NCBI GenBank assembly: GCA_028718785.1
Contig: JAQULB010000003.1
Location: forward strand, 8,788-72,787
Length of the DNA: 64,000 nucleotides
Reading direction: 5' to 3'
Source of the DNA: Minisyncoccota bacterium
GTDB lineage: Bacteria > Patescibacteriota > Minisyncoccia > Minisyncoccales > CG1-02-41-26
Shown piece by piece: positions 49,638 through 59,414 of this stretch. The position numbers were made by a program, and so were the translations under genes. Every line of letters starts with the position of its first letter. Position 1 is the stretch's first letter. The notes beneath the pieces are model-generated. The model was not told where the DNA came from, did not search any database, and was given only the letters and a program-made list of their open reading frames with translations.

Positions 49638-51152
49638 TTAGCTCACCCAGTATTTGGCTTTGGTCATTTGGTCTTGTTTGGTTTCCACTTGTTCAACTTC
49701 GGTTTTGGCTTTTTGGGCTAATTTAGCAAGTTCCTGATCGCTTAAAGCGCCAAGCCGAGTTATTTCTGTTGTCAAAAACTCGGAAGTGTTTTTAGTTGGG
49801 TCGGACAGGACATAGGACAAAACAATAGACAAAATTTGTCCTACTTTTGGCCCGGGTTTTATTTGCAGGGTTTCCATTATGGTTTGGCCATTAACCTTGA
49901 GCATTTTGGGAGAAATTGGATCTTTGGCCACTTTTTCAAGCAAATACTTTAGATGTCTTAACTTATATGGCTCGGCTTTGGGCACGCCCGAGCCAATGCG
50001 GTCGGATTGCCTCACTTGCATTAATTCTTCAATGTTTTCTTGGCCAACATTTCGCAATAATCGCCTTACCGAAGATTCGCCAACTTCATCAACATTGTAA
50101 TAAAACAAATGATATCTAACTAATTTGGTAATTTTTTCCCCTTCTTTTTTGGGAAATTTTAGGTTTTCTAAAATTTTTTTTGTCATTTTAGCCCCAACAA
50201 TTTCATGGTTGTGAAATGAAGCGTTTTCGCCTTCGCCGTTTTTGGTTCTGGGCTTGGCAATATCGTGCAATAAAGAAGCCAAGCGAACTTCAAAAGAGAA
50301 TCCTTTTTTGCAAGCATAATCTAAGCTCAAGAGATTATGTTGGTAAACTTCATAAGTGTGGTGCTTGTTTTGGTCAATTCCAAGCCCCTCTAAAAGTTCG
50401 GGGATTATGTGTTGCAAAAGCTCAAGTTCGCGTAAAAGATCAATTCCCTTTGCGCCATTCTTGCTCATTATAATTTTTGTTAGTTCGTCTTTTATTCTTT
50501 CTTTGGCGATTTCTTTAAGTAAGTTTGCATTTTTTTTAATGGCTTGATAGGTTTTTTCTTCTATTGTCCAGGGTTTTTCATCTAAGCAAACAGCAAACCG
50601 AACAGCTCGCATCATTCGCAAAGCATCTTCGTTGAACCTTTCGTCTGGTTCCCCAACCGCTTTTATTATTTTATTTTCTATATCTTTCTTTCCGCCAAAT
50701 AAATCAATTATTTTAATTCCTAATTCTTGATTCCTAATTCTTAATTCTTGGCTTATTGCCATTGCATTAATGGTAAAGTCCCTTCTGGCTAAATCTTGGT
50801 CAATTGTGTCCACAAATTTTACATTGTCTGGATGGCGTTTGTCAGAGTATTTAGTTTCGGTTCTAAAGGGGGTTATTTCTATTTCTTCTTCGCATTTTTG
50901 ATTTTTAATCCTTGATTTTTGATTTATCACCGTGACCGTGCCAAAAGAATTTTCGTAAAATGTTTTAAAGCCAGCCAAATTAAAAACCTCCTGAATTTCT
51001 TCGGGCTTGGCATTGGTGGTTAAATCCCAATCATTGGGCTGGACATTGCGCAATAAATCCCGCACGCATCCACCAACTATGTAGGCCTCGTATCCTGATT
51101 TTTGAAGGATTTCTAAGGCTTTTTTGATTTTTGGAGGAATATTCATAAACAC
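49638..51152 (-). CDS. cca: CCA-adding tRNA nucleotidyltransferase / poly(A) polymerase family protein with an HD domain
   Basis: N-terminal EAYIVGGCVRDLLRNVQPNDWDLTT (class II NTase GG and D.D motifs). C-terminal HD region ...HHTYEVYQHNLLSL...LLHDIAKP. Confidence 0.8.
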   Translation of the reverse strand: MFMNIPPKIKKALEILQKSGYEAYIVGGCVRDLLRNVQPNDWDLTTNAKPEEIQEVFNLAGFKTFYENSFGTVTVINQKSRIKNQKCEEEIEITPFRTETKYSDKRHPDNVKFVDTIDQDLARRDFTINAMAISQELRIRNQELGIKIIDLFGGKKDIENKIIKAVGEPDERFNEDALRMMRAVRFAVCLDEKPWTIEEKTYQAIKKNANLLKEIAKERIKDELTKIIMSKNGAKGIDLLRELELLQHIIPELLEGLGIDQNKHHTYEVYQHNLLSLDYACKKGFSFEVRLASLLHDIAKPRTKNGEGENASFHNHEIVGAKMTKKILENLKFPKKEGEKITKLVRYHLFYYNVDEVGESSVRRLLRNVGQENIEELMQVRQSDRIGSGVPKAEPYKLRHLKYLLEKVAKDPISPKMLKVNGQTIMETLQIKPGPKVGQILSIVLSYVLSDPTKNTSEFLTTEITRLGALSDQELAKLAQKAKTEVEQVETKQDQMTKAKYWVS

Positions 51153-51360
51153 AAAATTTCTAAACCATAATTTCTAATGTCAAATAAAATGTCAAATGAT
51201 TTAAAATTTTTAATAGCTACCATTTTATTAGAAATTTGTTATTTATTAGTAGTCATTTTTTTATAGTATGGCCTAAAAATGGATTTTTTTCAATTCTGTC
51301 ACAAAAAATAAATCCTTATCTTTGAAGAATAAGGATTTAATAAATAGGTTAACAGAAATA

Positions 51361-51534
51361 TCAAAATGGGCATGGAGCGCCGTTTTTTACAACAAATACG
51401 TACCATTCTTTTTCTTGTTCTGTCACCTTTGGATTATTTTTTTCTAAAAAACTTAAAAACTGCTCAACATCTTCTTTTGAGGAGGAGATGTTTTTTTGAC
51501 GATGTTGTTCCATTTCTTCGTCAGTAGTTTCCAT
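51361..51534 (-). CDS. Small acidic protein (57 aa), absent from the ORF track
   Basis: Reverse strand reads GGAGGTTTATTGATT-ATG, then METTDEEMEQHRQKNISSSKEDVEQFLSFLEKNNPKVTEQEKEWYVFVVKNGAPCPF*. Good RBS. Confidence 0.4.
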   Translation of the reverse strand: METTDEEMEQHRQKNISSSKEDVEQFLSFLEKNNPKVTEQEKEWYVFVVKNGAPCPF

Positions 51535-51705
51535 AATCAATAAACCTCCAATTTTTGTGTTTTTGTGATGATTTTAAGAAATTAGAACCATTATTTTAAT
51601 AAAACACCAAATAATTGTTTTTGTCAATGGCTTTTATTGGTTTATATAGCAAATAGAGTGTATGTGTCTTGTTGTTGGCTGAATTATCTGCTAAATTTAT
51701 TTAAT

Positions 51706-51777
51706 GCTTCCGTGGTGAAATGGATATCACGAATCGCTTCGGACGATTTGTTGGGGGTTCGAATCCCTCCGGAAGCA
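51706..51777 (+). tRNA. tRNA-Arg (anticodon UCG)
   Basis: GCTTCCGTGGTGAAATGGATATCACGAATCGCTTCGGACGATTTGTTGGGGGTTCGAATCCCTCCGGAAGCA. All stems pair; short variable loop. The overlapping track ORF 51637-51861 is spurious. Confidence 0.75.
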
Positions 51778-51867
51778 CAAGAGCGAGGTTGCCTTTTTGG
51801 GTTTATTGTGGTAAAAATTTATTATCTTAATAGTTTGAGGTTTTATTTTTTTATTGTATAATAAGTA

Positions 51868-51950
51868 ATCCGTTAGCGAAGGTGAGGCGGTAGCCAAACT
51901 AAAGCTTACGGAGGACTTACCCCGTGAAGTAATTTTAAATTAACGAATTC
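51868..51950 (-). repeat. Nested-palindromic repeat family, copy 4 (partial, inverted orientation)
   Basis: TAATCCGTTAGCGAAGGTGAGGCGG...AAGCTTACGGAGGACTTACCCCGTGAAGTAATTTTAAATT matches the 3-prime half of the family. Confidence 0.6.
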
Positions 51951-51957
51951 TAACAAA

Positions 51958-52617
51958 ATGAAATCTTCAAAACTTTTTGTTCTTTTTAGTTTATTTTTTA
52001 TTGCAATGTTTTTATTGCCAAAATTTGTAATGGCTGATGGTGAGTACCAGATACAGCTTTTTGAAGACGCAAATCAAAATGGTATTTTTGATCCCAGCAC
52101 CACGAAAAATCCCAGAGAAAATGAAGGAGCTGGAACTCAGAAAGTTTGTTATGACGGGCTTGTGCCTTGTGGAAAAGTTTTATGTAATGGCCTTGATACT
52201 ACAAAAGATAGTCCCACAGAGGGAAAATGCAAAAACAAAATTGGACAGTGTATAAATGCATTTCCAGATCCGCAAAAACCAGTTCAATGCCAGCTTTGCC
52301 ATGGCTTTATAATGGTGGATAAAGCGGTTGATTATATTGTGATAAAACTGGTGCCCTTGTTGGCAGTGTTGATGTTGGTGATTGGGGGGGTAATGTTTTA
52401 TTTTGGCGGGTTTAATCCCGGGCTGTTAAGCCGAGCCAAAACATTGATAAAAGGAGTGGTTGTTGGGCTTGTTCTTATTTACAGCGCCTATATGATTGTG
52501 AATATCTTTTTAATGGTTTTGGGGGCGTCTGAAATAAACTCAATCAAAGATGTTTTTTCCAATGGGGTTTTTTCAATAAAATGTCCGGTTTATATGCCAA
52601 GCGGATTTTTTAAGTGA
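51958..52617 (+). CDS. Secreted Cys-rich protein with a C-terminal pair of TM helices (VirB2/TrbC-pilin-like topology)
   Basis: Signal peptide MKSSKLFVLFSLFFIAMFLLPKFVMA. Cys cluster CYDGLVPCGKVLCNG...CQLCHG. C-terminal LVPLLAVLMLVIGGVMFYFGGFNPGLLSRAKTLIKGVVVGLVLIYSAYMIV is two hydrophobic helices split by a short charged loop. Confidence 0.45.
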   Translation: MKSSKLFVLFSLFFIAMFLLPKFVMADGEYQIQLFEDANQNGIFDPSTTKNPRENEGAGTQKVCYDGLVPCGKVLCNGLDTTKDSPTEGKCKNKIGQCINAFPDPQKPVQCQLCHGFIMVDKAVDYIVIKLVPLLAVLMLVIGGVMFYFGGFNPGLLSRAKTLIKGVVVGLVLIYSAYMIVNIFLMVLGASEINSIKDVFSNGVFSIKCPVYMPSGFFK

Positions 52618-52719
52618 TGCAGTTTATTGTGTGAGAGGGGAATTAATTCCGCGCGACTCATGGGGTTTTATGTCAAAAGCATTTAATTAAAGCTCCACGA
52701 AAGGCACAATATGCCTTTT

Positions 52720-52792
52720 GCCCCCATAGCTCAATTGGTAGAGCAGAACTCTCTTAAAGTTAAGGTTACAGGTTCGAGCCCTGTTGGGGGCA
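52720..52792 (+). tRNA. tRNA-Lys (anticodon CUU)
   Basis: GCCCCCATAGCTCAATTGGTAGAGCAGAACTCTCTTAAAGTTAAGGTTACAGGTTCGAGCCCTGTTGGGGGCA. One G-A mismatch at the top of the anticodon stem. The overlapping track ORF 52687-52884 is spurious. Confidence 0.7.
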
Positions 52793-52831
52793 CAAGGATA
52801 ACTTAAAGACAAAAAGTTAAAAATCAAAAAT

Positions 52832-53110
52832 ATGTTAACAACACAAGAAAAAGAAAAAATTATAGGCGATTTCAAAATAAACAAAACCGATAGCGGTTCA
52901 GCAGATGTGCAAATAGCTATTTTATCTCAAGAAATAACTCGGCTTTTAGAGCATTTAAAAGCAAACCACAACGATAACCATTCCAGAAGAGGGCTTTTGA
53001 AAATGATTATTAAAAGAAAAAAGCTTTTAAAGTATTTAGAGCGAGAGGATAAAAAAAGGTTTAATTCGGTGGTTAAAAAGCTGGGTTTGAAAGAACATGC
53101 AACAAAATAA
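52832..53110 (+). CDS. rpsO: 30S ribosomal protein S15
   Basis: ...DSGSADVQIAILSQEITRLLEHLKANHNDNHSRRGLLKMIIKRKKLLKYL... is the S15 signature. Confidence 0.85.
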   Translation: MLTTQEKEKIIGDFKINKTDSGSADVQIAILSQEITRLLEHLKANHNDNHSRRGLLKMIIKRKKLLKYLEREDKKRFNSVVKKLGLKEHATK

Positions 53111-53609
53111 GCCAAAAGAACAAAGAGTTGAGGTTTTGATAGATGTGCAAAACCTTTATCATTCAGCCCGCAACTTGCACCAATCTCGGGTAAACTTTAA
53201 CGAGATTTTAAAAACAGCTATTGCCGGACGCAAGTTTATTAGAGCTTTTGCTTACGTGGTTAAAACAAAAACAGGCGAAGAGAAACCTTTTTTTGAGGCC
53301 TTAAGCAATTTGGGTATTGAAATGAGAGTTAAGGATTTGCAAGAATTTTACGATGGCCAAAAAAAAGCGGATTGGGATGTGGGTATTGTTGTTGACGCCA
53401 TTAGAACAGCTCCGGGGGTGGATGTGGTGGTTTTGTGCTCTGGAGACGGGGATTTTATTCCCTTGGTGGAGTATTTAAAAAATCAAGGCAAAAGAGTGGA
53501 GGTTGTGGCCTTTGGAAAAACAACTTCTTCTGGACTTAGAGAAACAGCTGATGAATTGATTGATATTGGCCAAGACCCAAGAAAATATTTAATAAAAATG
53601 AAACAATAA
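53097..53609 (+). CDS. NYN-domain (LabA/PIN-like) protein inserted between rpsO and pnp
   Basis: VEVLIDVQNLYHSAR...VVLCSGDGDFIPLVEYLKNQGKRVEVVAFG is the NYN/DUF88 pattern. Its start overlaps the rpsO stop. Confidence 0.7.
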   Translation: MQQNKPKEQRVEVLIDVQNLYHSARNLHQSRVNFNEILKTAIAGRKFIRAFAYVVKTKTGEEKPFFEALSNLGIEMRVKDLQEFYDGQKKADWDVGIVVDAIRTAPGVDVVVLCSGDGDFIPLVEYLKNQGKRVEVVAFGKTTSSGLRETADELIDIGQDPRKYLIKMKQ

Positions 53610-53714
53610 AAAAATAATCGGATTATGGGTTTGGGGTTATGAATTTGGAATTGTGGCTTAACTACGATTCCCTTTTCATAATTCTTAACTCACAAACCAT
53701 AGTTCAAAAATTTT

Positions 53715-55910
53715 ATGCAAGAGAAAAAAATGTTTGAGTTTCAGCTTGGCGACCCTTCGGCGGGGGCTTCGACTGAGCTTGGCCGAATGTCCTCAGGGCA
53801 AGATAGAAAGCTGACAGTTAAAGTGGGCGGGTTGGCTGAGCAGGCCAGCGGTTGTTGTTTAATTAGGTATGGGGACACTTCAATTTTGTGCACATCCCAA
53901 TTGGGGAAAAGCAATCCAGGAATGGGATTTTTTCCTTTAACTTGCGACTATGAAGAAAGATTTTACGCGGCTGGGAAAATACTGGGCTCTCGGTTTATAA
54001 GGCGAGAAGGACGACCATCAACCGAGGCGGTTTTGACTTCGCGTTTAATTGACAGGGCGGTTAGGCCGTTGTTTCCAAAAGAATTAACAAGCGAGGTGCA
54101 AGTTATTGCCACCTGTTTATCGTGGGACGCAGAAAATGATCCTTCAACCTTGGGGCTTTTGGGCGCTTCTTTGGCTTTGGGAATGTCGGAAATTCCTTGG
54201 AACGGACCAGTGGCGGTGGTGAGGATTGGCTATGTGGAAAATAAATTTATTTTAAACCCCACCTACGAACAAAGAGCAAATGGCAATTTGGATTTGGTTT
54301 TAGCTGGTATTGAAAAAGAGGGCGAACTTTTAATTAATATGATTGAATCAGGCGCTCAAGAAGTTTTAGAAGAGGAAATGTTGGGGGCTTATGATTTTGC
54401 CAAACCGTTTTTGCAAGAAATTTTAAAATTTCAAAATAATGTTTTAAAAGAAATCGCCAAGCCAAAAGCAGTTGTTGCTCAAAATGAGCTTGACCATTTA
54501 ATAGTTGAAAAAATTAAAAATTACTTAAACGATAAATTAGAAAACGCTTTATACGAAACAGACAAGCAAAAAAGAAGCATGGCCTTAGAGGCCTTGCAAG
54601 AACAAATGTTATTGGATTTAGCTGGGGAAATTGGAGAATCAAACCAAGAGCTTGCAAAAATATTTTTTGAAGAGCAAATAGAAAAAGCATTTAAAGAAAA
54701 TATTTTGCAAAAAGACAAAAGGCCAGATGGCAGAAAGCTTGATGAAATAAGGCCGCTTTCTTGCGAAATTGATATCTTGCCCAGAACTCATGGCTCTTCC
54801 ATTTTTACGCGAGGAGAAACAAAAATTTTATCAATTTTAACTCTCGGCTCGCATGGCGATGAGCTTATGATGGACAATATGGAAGTTTCAGGCAAAAAAA
54901 GATTTTTACATCATTATAACTTTCCTCCATACTCTGTGGGAGAGGTAAAAAGAATGGGAAGTCCTGGAAGAAGAGAAATTGGGCATGGTATGTTAGCTGA
55001 AAAGGCCTTGTTGCCCTTGATTCCAAGCTCGGAAGATTTTCCCTACACAATAAGGTTGGTTTCTGAGGCAATTAGCTCAAATGGCTCAACCAGCATGGCT
55101 TCGGTTTGCGCTTCAACTTTGTCTTTAATGCAGGCAGGGGTTCCAATAAAAAGACCGGTGGCTGGCATTTCAGTTGGCTTAGTGATGGGAAAAAATTTAA
55201 AAGAGTACAAGCTTTTAACAGACATTCAAGGCCCAGAAGATCATTATGGAGAAATGGATTTTAAAGTAGCTGGCACTTCCAATGGAATAACCGCCATTCA
55301 AATGGATGTTAAAACAGACGGCATAACAAGAGAAATTTTTACTGAGGCGTTAAACAGAGCTAAAACAGCAAGAGAATATATTTTATCTAAAATTAAAGAA
55401 ACAATTGCAGAACCAAATAAATCGCTTTCACCCTACGCGCCCAAAGTAAAGATTATTCAAATTAATCCTGACAAAATTGGCATGGTTATTGGCACGGGCG
55501 GAAAAGTTATTAACGAAATTATTGATACTTGCGAGGTGGCCATTGATATTGATGATGACGGAAAAGTTTTTATTACCGGGCAAACAGAAGAGGCAATGGA
55601 AAAAGCCATTGCCTGGATAAAAGAAATAACTCATGAATTTGAAATTGGAGAAACATTTACAGGCAAAGTAAAACGGATTTTTAATTTTGGAGCAATGGTG
55701 GAGATAAGTCCAAAGCAAGACGGATTAGTGCACATTTCAGAATTAGCTCCATTTAGAGTGAATAGCGTGGAAGATGTGGTAAAAATTGGCGATGTTATTC
55801 CGGTTAAAATTATTAAAATTGATGAACAAGGCAGAGTTGACCTGTCAGCCAAGCAGGCAGGATTTTCCCCAGAAAACAAGTCCTCAACCAAAGACACAAA
55901 ACGCAGATAA
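53715..55910 (+). CDS. pnp: Polynucleotide phosphorylase
   Basis: Two RNase PH domains (...FTRGETKILSILTLG...; ...FPPYSVGEVKRMGSPGRREIGHG...), a KH domain (IGMVIGTGGKVINEI) and an S1 domain (GETFTGKVKRIFNFGAMVEI). Confidence 0.9.
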   Translation: MQEKKMFEFQLGDPSAGASTELGRMSSGQDRKLTVKVGGLAEQASGCCLIRYGDTSILCTSQLGKSNPGMGFFPLTCDYEERFYAAGKILGSRFIRREGRPSTEAVLTSRLIDRAVRPLFPKELTSEVQVIATCLSWDAENDPSTLGLLGASLALGMSEIPWNGPVAVVRIGYVENKFILNPTYEQRANGNLDLVLAGIEKEGELLINMIESGAQEVLEEEMLGAYDFAKPFLQEILKFQNNVLKEIAKPKAVVAQNELDHLIVEKIKNYLNDKLENALYETDKQKRSMALEALQEQMLLDLAGEIGESNQELAKIFFEEQIEKAFKENILQKDKRPDGRKLDEIRPLSCEIDILPRTHGSSIFTRGETKILSILTLGSHGDELMMDNMEVSGKKRFLHHYNFPPYSVGEVKRMGSPGRREIGHGMLAEKALLPLIPSSEDFPYTIRLVSEAISSNGSTSMASVCASTLSLMQAGVPIKRPVAGISVGLVMGKNLKEYKLLTDIQGPEDHYGEMDFKVAGTSNGITAIQMDVKTDGITREIFTEALNRAKTAREYILSKIKETIAEPNKSLSPYAPKVKIIQINPDKIGMVIGTGGKVINEIIDTCEVAIDIDDDGKVFITGQTEEAMEKAIAWIKEITHEFEIGETFTGKVKRIFNFGAMVEISPKQDGLVHISELAPFRVNSVEDVVKIGDVIPVKIIKIDEQGRVDLSAKQAGFSPENKSSTKDTKRR

Positions 55911-55966
55911 AAATCCCCCCTTTTTTCTTTTTAGGCATCGTTTAAACAGGCATTTCAAAAAGGCAA

Positions 55967-58861
55967 ATGCCAGATAAAAATAATAAAAAATCAAATGGCG
56001 AGAACCTTGCGGTTTTAAAACAAGAAGGCAAGGGTTTTTCTAATAGGTTAAGCCAAGAAAGAGCTTATCAAATTTTATCTCAAGGAGTTATTTTTACAAT
56101 GGAAGATGATTTGAAAGAGGCCTTAAAGCGCCAAAAAATGAAAGCTGATTTAATTCCGGGCCGGATAAAAAAAGAAAATAAAACGCAAGAAATTTTTGCG
56201 GACAATCCTTTTTTTGATCCTTTTCCAAAACTAGAAGAAACTAAAGAGAAATTGCCCAAAAAAATAAATCCCGAAGCTTTAACAGATCTAAATAATTTTG
56301 AGAAAAAAGAAATAAAATCACCCCCTAAACCAGAAATTTCTGAAAAAAATGTAGCAAAAGATCAACTGCCTCAAGAAAAAATTGTTGCAATTTCTCAATC
56401 GCCAAAAGATTTTCCGTTGCAAGAGAAAGGAGAAAAAGAAAATATCACAAAAGAGAAAGCGCTTCCTGAAAAATTAGAAAAAAAGCCCGAAGAATCTTAT
56501 AAAGAGGCGCAAAAACCAGCTATATTAAAAGAAATAATTGGAGAAAATATTGAAAAAATCAAACATAATTTGGGTCAAAAAATCGTTGATATTTCATCAA
56601 AATTGAAAGATATCAACAATCAAGAAGAACCTCTTTTACAAAGAAGAAAAGCAATTTTGGAGAAAATAACGCTTCAAAAAAAGGCCTTAGAAAATTTTTT
56701 TCAAATAACCGAATCTGCCAAACTCGAGCAATTTGAATTAGAAAAAAAAGAACAAGAAGCAATAGACAGCCAAATAAAACACAATATTGAAGAGCAAAGG
56801 TGGCAAGCAGAAGAAAAACTTAAAAAAGCTCAGGACTTGCAATGGGCCCAAGAAGAAGAGCTTGAAAAAGCGCAAATGGCTTTGTCTAAAGTTGATAACG
56901 ATTTAAAGAGTTTTTTGAAGCAAAAAACTCAGCTTGGAAAAGAAAAAATAGAGATTCAAAAATTTTTGGACAATATTGGTTTTTTAATTCAAAAAGAAGA
57001 ATTTTTAAATAAAAATCAAAACTTCTTAAACCAAAAGGCCAAACTTGAAATGTTTTACAAGCAAGCGCTTTTGCAAAAAAACAAACAAGAGCAAGATCTT
57101 TTTCTTATAACGCAAGAAGAGCAAAAAATTGAACAAGACCTAAGGGTTTTTGAAGAAAAAGTTCAAAAAGCAACTGACTATCAAGAAAGACGGAAACTAG
57201 AGCAGGAAAGAAGGGAATTGGCGCAAAAAAGGCAATTTCAAGAAAAAAAGCGATGGGAGCTTGAAAAAAATAAGGAAATAACAAATAACAATTTCAACCT
57301 TGCAAAAGAAAAACTTTTTAAAGCAAAACAAGAAGAAGAAAATTTTAATCAAAAAATAGCTGAAATAGAAGCCAGGATTGATAAAGGAATTTTTTTGCCA
57401 GAAGCAGAAAAATATTTAAAATCAAAACTTCAAACCAAAGCGTTAGAGGGGGACCATTCTCAAGAGCTATCAAAAGAAAGCCAAGAAAATCAAGTAGTTG
57501 AAAAAGAAGAAAAGGAGAGAGTAAATTCTCCCCTAACAGTTCCACAGCCAGTAGCTATTGACAGGCCAGCTCCCGCAAAGGAAGTTTTTTTAAACAAAGA
57601 GGAGCAGGAAACCGTTGAAAAAATTCGCTTAATGGCAAAAGAAAAAGAACAAGAACTAATCCAAAAGCAAGTTGTTCAAAAACAGGTGCTTGAAGGAGAA
57701 AAAGAAGCGCATGAGGAGATTAAGCAAAGGCAAGAAGAAGAAAATCGTATCAAGGCAATTGCAAAATTAAAACAGATAGCCGAACAAGAACAAAAAAAGG
57801 CCTTTGAGGGGAGATTAAGGGGTCCGCTTTTAAAGGAAGAGATATTGAAAAAGCTAACAAAAATTTCTGCGCAGGAAGAAGGACAAAGAAAAGAGTTTTT
57901 ATCAAGGATTAATAAAAAAATAAACTCCCTACCCAAAAGAAAGCAAAAGGGATTTGAAGAAGCGGTTGTTTTTCATCCAATGATAAAAAAAACCTCTTTA
58001 TTTGAAAAAATTATTATTCGTTTTTTAGTTATTTTTTTAATTATTGCTGTTGGCTGTGGAATTTACCTTGGAATTTTGGAGTTAAATAAAAAGAGAAATA
58101 ATATTCCACCATTAAACAATAATATAGAAACGCCATTAAATCCAACAAGCGACTGGCCGGATCTTTATCCTGAGGGTTCAACAACAGCTTCAAGCACAGC
58201 TCCATCTGTAACAAGCACAACAACACCCCAAGCCACCACTACTCCTTCAACAAACCCAGAGCAAATTCAACCGACCACTACTCCTGCTATTGCCATTCCT
58301 CCAGTTTCTTTAATTTTAGTTTCAAAGAATAATATTTTTTATTATCAGGGCGACCCTGTTGCTTTGATATCATCAATAGGAGAAATCATCAGCAATAAAA
58401 TAACATACAGCGCCTTTGAACAAGTATCTGTTTTAAACGATAATGAAGGCGTTTTCTTCACAGCTCCTCAGTTTTTTCAGATATTGGGAACTTCTTTTCC
58501 TCAAGAAATTTTTAATAATAGCGATGACAATGAAATATCAACAACATTGATATATTCTTCAAAATACGGCAATCGCTTAGGATTTGTTTTAGCAACTAAT
58601 AGCACCAGCTCTCTGTTTACTGCTTTTAAGAATTGGGAAAGTCAAGCTGAGTTAAATACAGCTGATATTTTTAATTTAATGGGCAAGAAATCTCCAGCTA
58701 TAAGTAAAATATTCAAGAATACAATATATAAATCAGTTCCCATAAGATATCAAACCTTTGCTTTAACTGATCTTGGAATTTGTTATGCTGTTTATAAAGA
58801 TTATTTTATTTGGACAAGCTCTTTGGAGCAAATGCAAAAGATAGTGGACAAATTGCCTTAG
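55967..58861 (+). CDS. Giant Lys/Glu/Gln-rich coiled-coil protein with a single TM segment and a C-terminal globular domain
   Basis: 964 aa. About 650 aa of charged coiled coil, then TM IIIRFLVIFLIIAVGCGIYLGIL, a Thr/Pro-rich linker and a C-terminal region of about 200 aa. Confidence 0.6.
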   Translation: MPDKNNKKSNGENLAVLKQEGKGFSNRLSQERAYQILSQGVIFTMEDDLKEALKRQKMKADLIPGRIKKENKTQEIFADNPFFDPFPKLEETKEKLPKKINPEALTDLNNFEKKEIKSPPKPEISEKNVAKDQLPQEKIVAISQSPKDFPLQEKGEKENITKEKALPEKLEKKPEESYKEAQKPAILKEIIGENIEKIKHNLGQKIVDISSKLKDINNQEEPLLQRRKAILEKITLQKKALENFFQITESAKLEQFELEKKEQEAIDSQIKHNIEEQRWQAEEKLKKAQDLQWAQEEELEKAQMALSKVDNDLKSFLKQKTQLGKEKIEIQKFLDNIGFLIQKEEFLNKNQNFLNQKAKLEMFYKQALLQKNKQEQDLFLITQEEQKIEQDLRVFEEKVQKATDYQERRKLEQERRELAQKRQFQEKKRWELEKNKEITNNNFNLAKEKLFKAKQEEENFNQKIAEIEARIDKGIFLPEAEKYLKSKLQTKALEGDHSQELSKESQENQVVEKEEKERVNSPLTVPQPVAIDRPAPAKEVFLNKEEQETVEKIRLMAKEKEQELIQKQVVQKQVLEGEKEAHEEIKQRQEEENRIKAIAKLKQIAEQEQKKAFEGRLRGPLLKEEILKKLTKISAQEEGQRKEFLSRINKKINSLPKRKQKGFEEAVVFHPMIKKTSLFEKIIIRFLVIFLIIAVGCGIYLGILELNKKRNNIPPLNNNIETPLNPTSDWPDLYPEGSTTASSTAPSVTSTTTPQATTTPSTNPEQIQPTTTPAIAIPPVSLILVSKNNIFYYQGDPVALISSIGEIISNKITYSAFEQVSVLNDNEGVFFTAPQFFQILGTSFPQEIFNNSDDNEISTTLIYSSKYGNRLGFVLATNSTSSLFTAFKNWESQAELNTADIFNLMGKKSPAISKIFKNTIYKSVPIRYQTFALTDLGICYAVYKDYFIWTSSLEQMQKIVDKLP

Positions 58862-58905
58862 AAATAATATAATGTTAATCTGTTAGTTGAATACTTAAAA
58901 AATAT

Positions 58906-59271
58906 ATGGTTAAACAGAATAAAAAATTTATAGAAGAGCAAAAAGAAATTCTTTTGCAAGAAAAGAATAAAATTGAGGATCGACTTGGTTCTTTTGCTAA
59001 GGAGTCCCAAGAGCATAAAGGCGAGTGGACTTCTAATATGCCAGATTTTGATAAAAGTTCCAGTTTAGAGGAAGAAGCAGATGAGGTTGAAGAATTTGGA
59101 ATGAGGTTGGCATTAGAGCATTCAATGGAAGAGCAATTAAAAGCCGTTGATTTAGCTTTGGAAAAAATTAAAAAAGGCACTTATGGCATTTGCGATAAAT
59201 GCGAGAAAGAAATTCCCCAAGGCCGATTAAAGGCCTATCCTCAGGCCAGTTATTGCCAGAGATGTCAATGA
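58906..59271 (+). CDS. DksA/TraR-family C4 zinc-finger protein
   Basis: C-terminal CDKCEKEIPQGRLKAYPQASYCQRCQ preceded by a coiled coil. Confidence 0.7.
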   Translation: MVKQNKKFIEEQKEILLQEKNKIEDRLGSFAKESQEHKGEWTSNMPDFDKSSSLEEEADEVEEFGMRLALEHSMEEQLKAVDLALEKIKKGTYGICDKCEKEIPQGRLKAYPQASYCQRCQ

Positions 59272-59414
59272 GCATCTAAATTTTCAAGGCGATGAGCCGC
59301 AGAAAATTTAGCAATGCGAATTGATCCCGTTAGATAAAATTTGTAATCAGATTTTATCTAACGGGGCCAACAAGATAAATTTTAAATTTTATTTATCAGA
59401 GTTTATATATAAAT

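Noticed and set aside
51637-51861. 74-aa track ORF
   Set aside because: Overlaps tRNA-Arg (51706-51777) on the same strand; spurious.
52687-52884. 65-aa minus-strand track ORF
   Set aside because: Antisense to tRNA-Lys (52720-52792); spurious.
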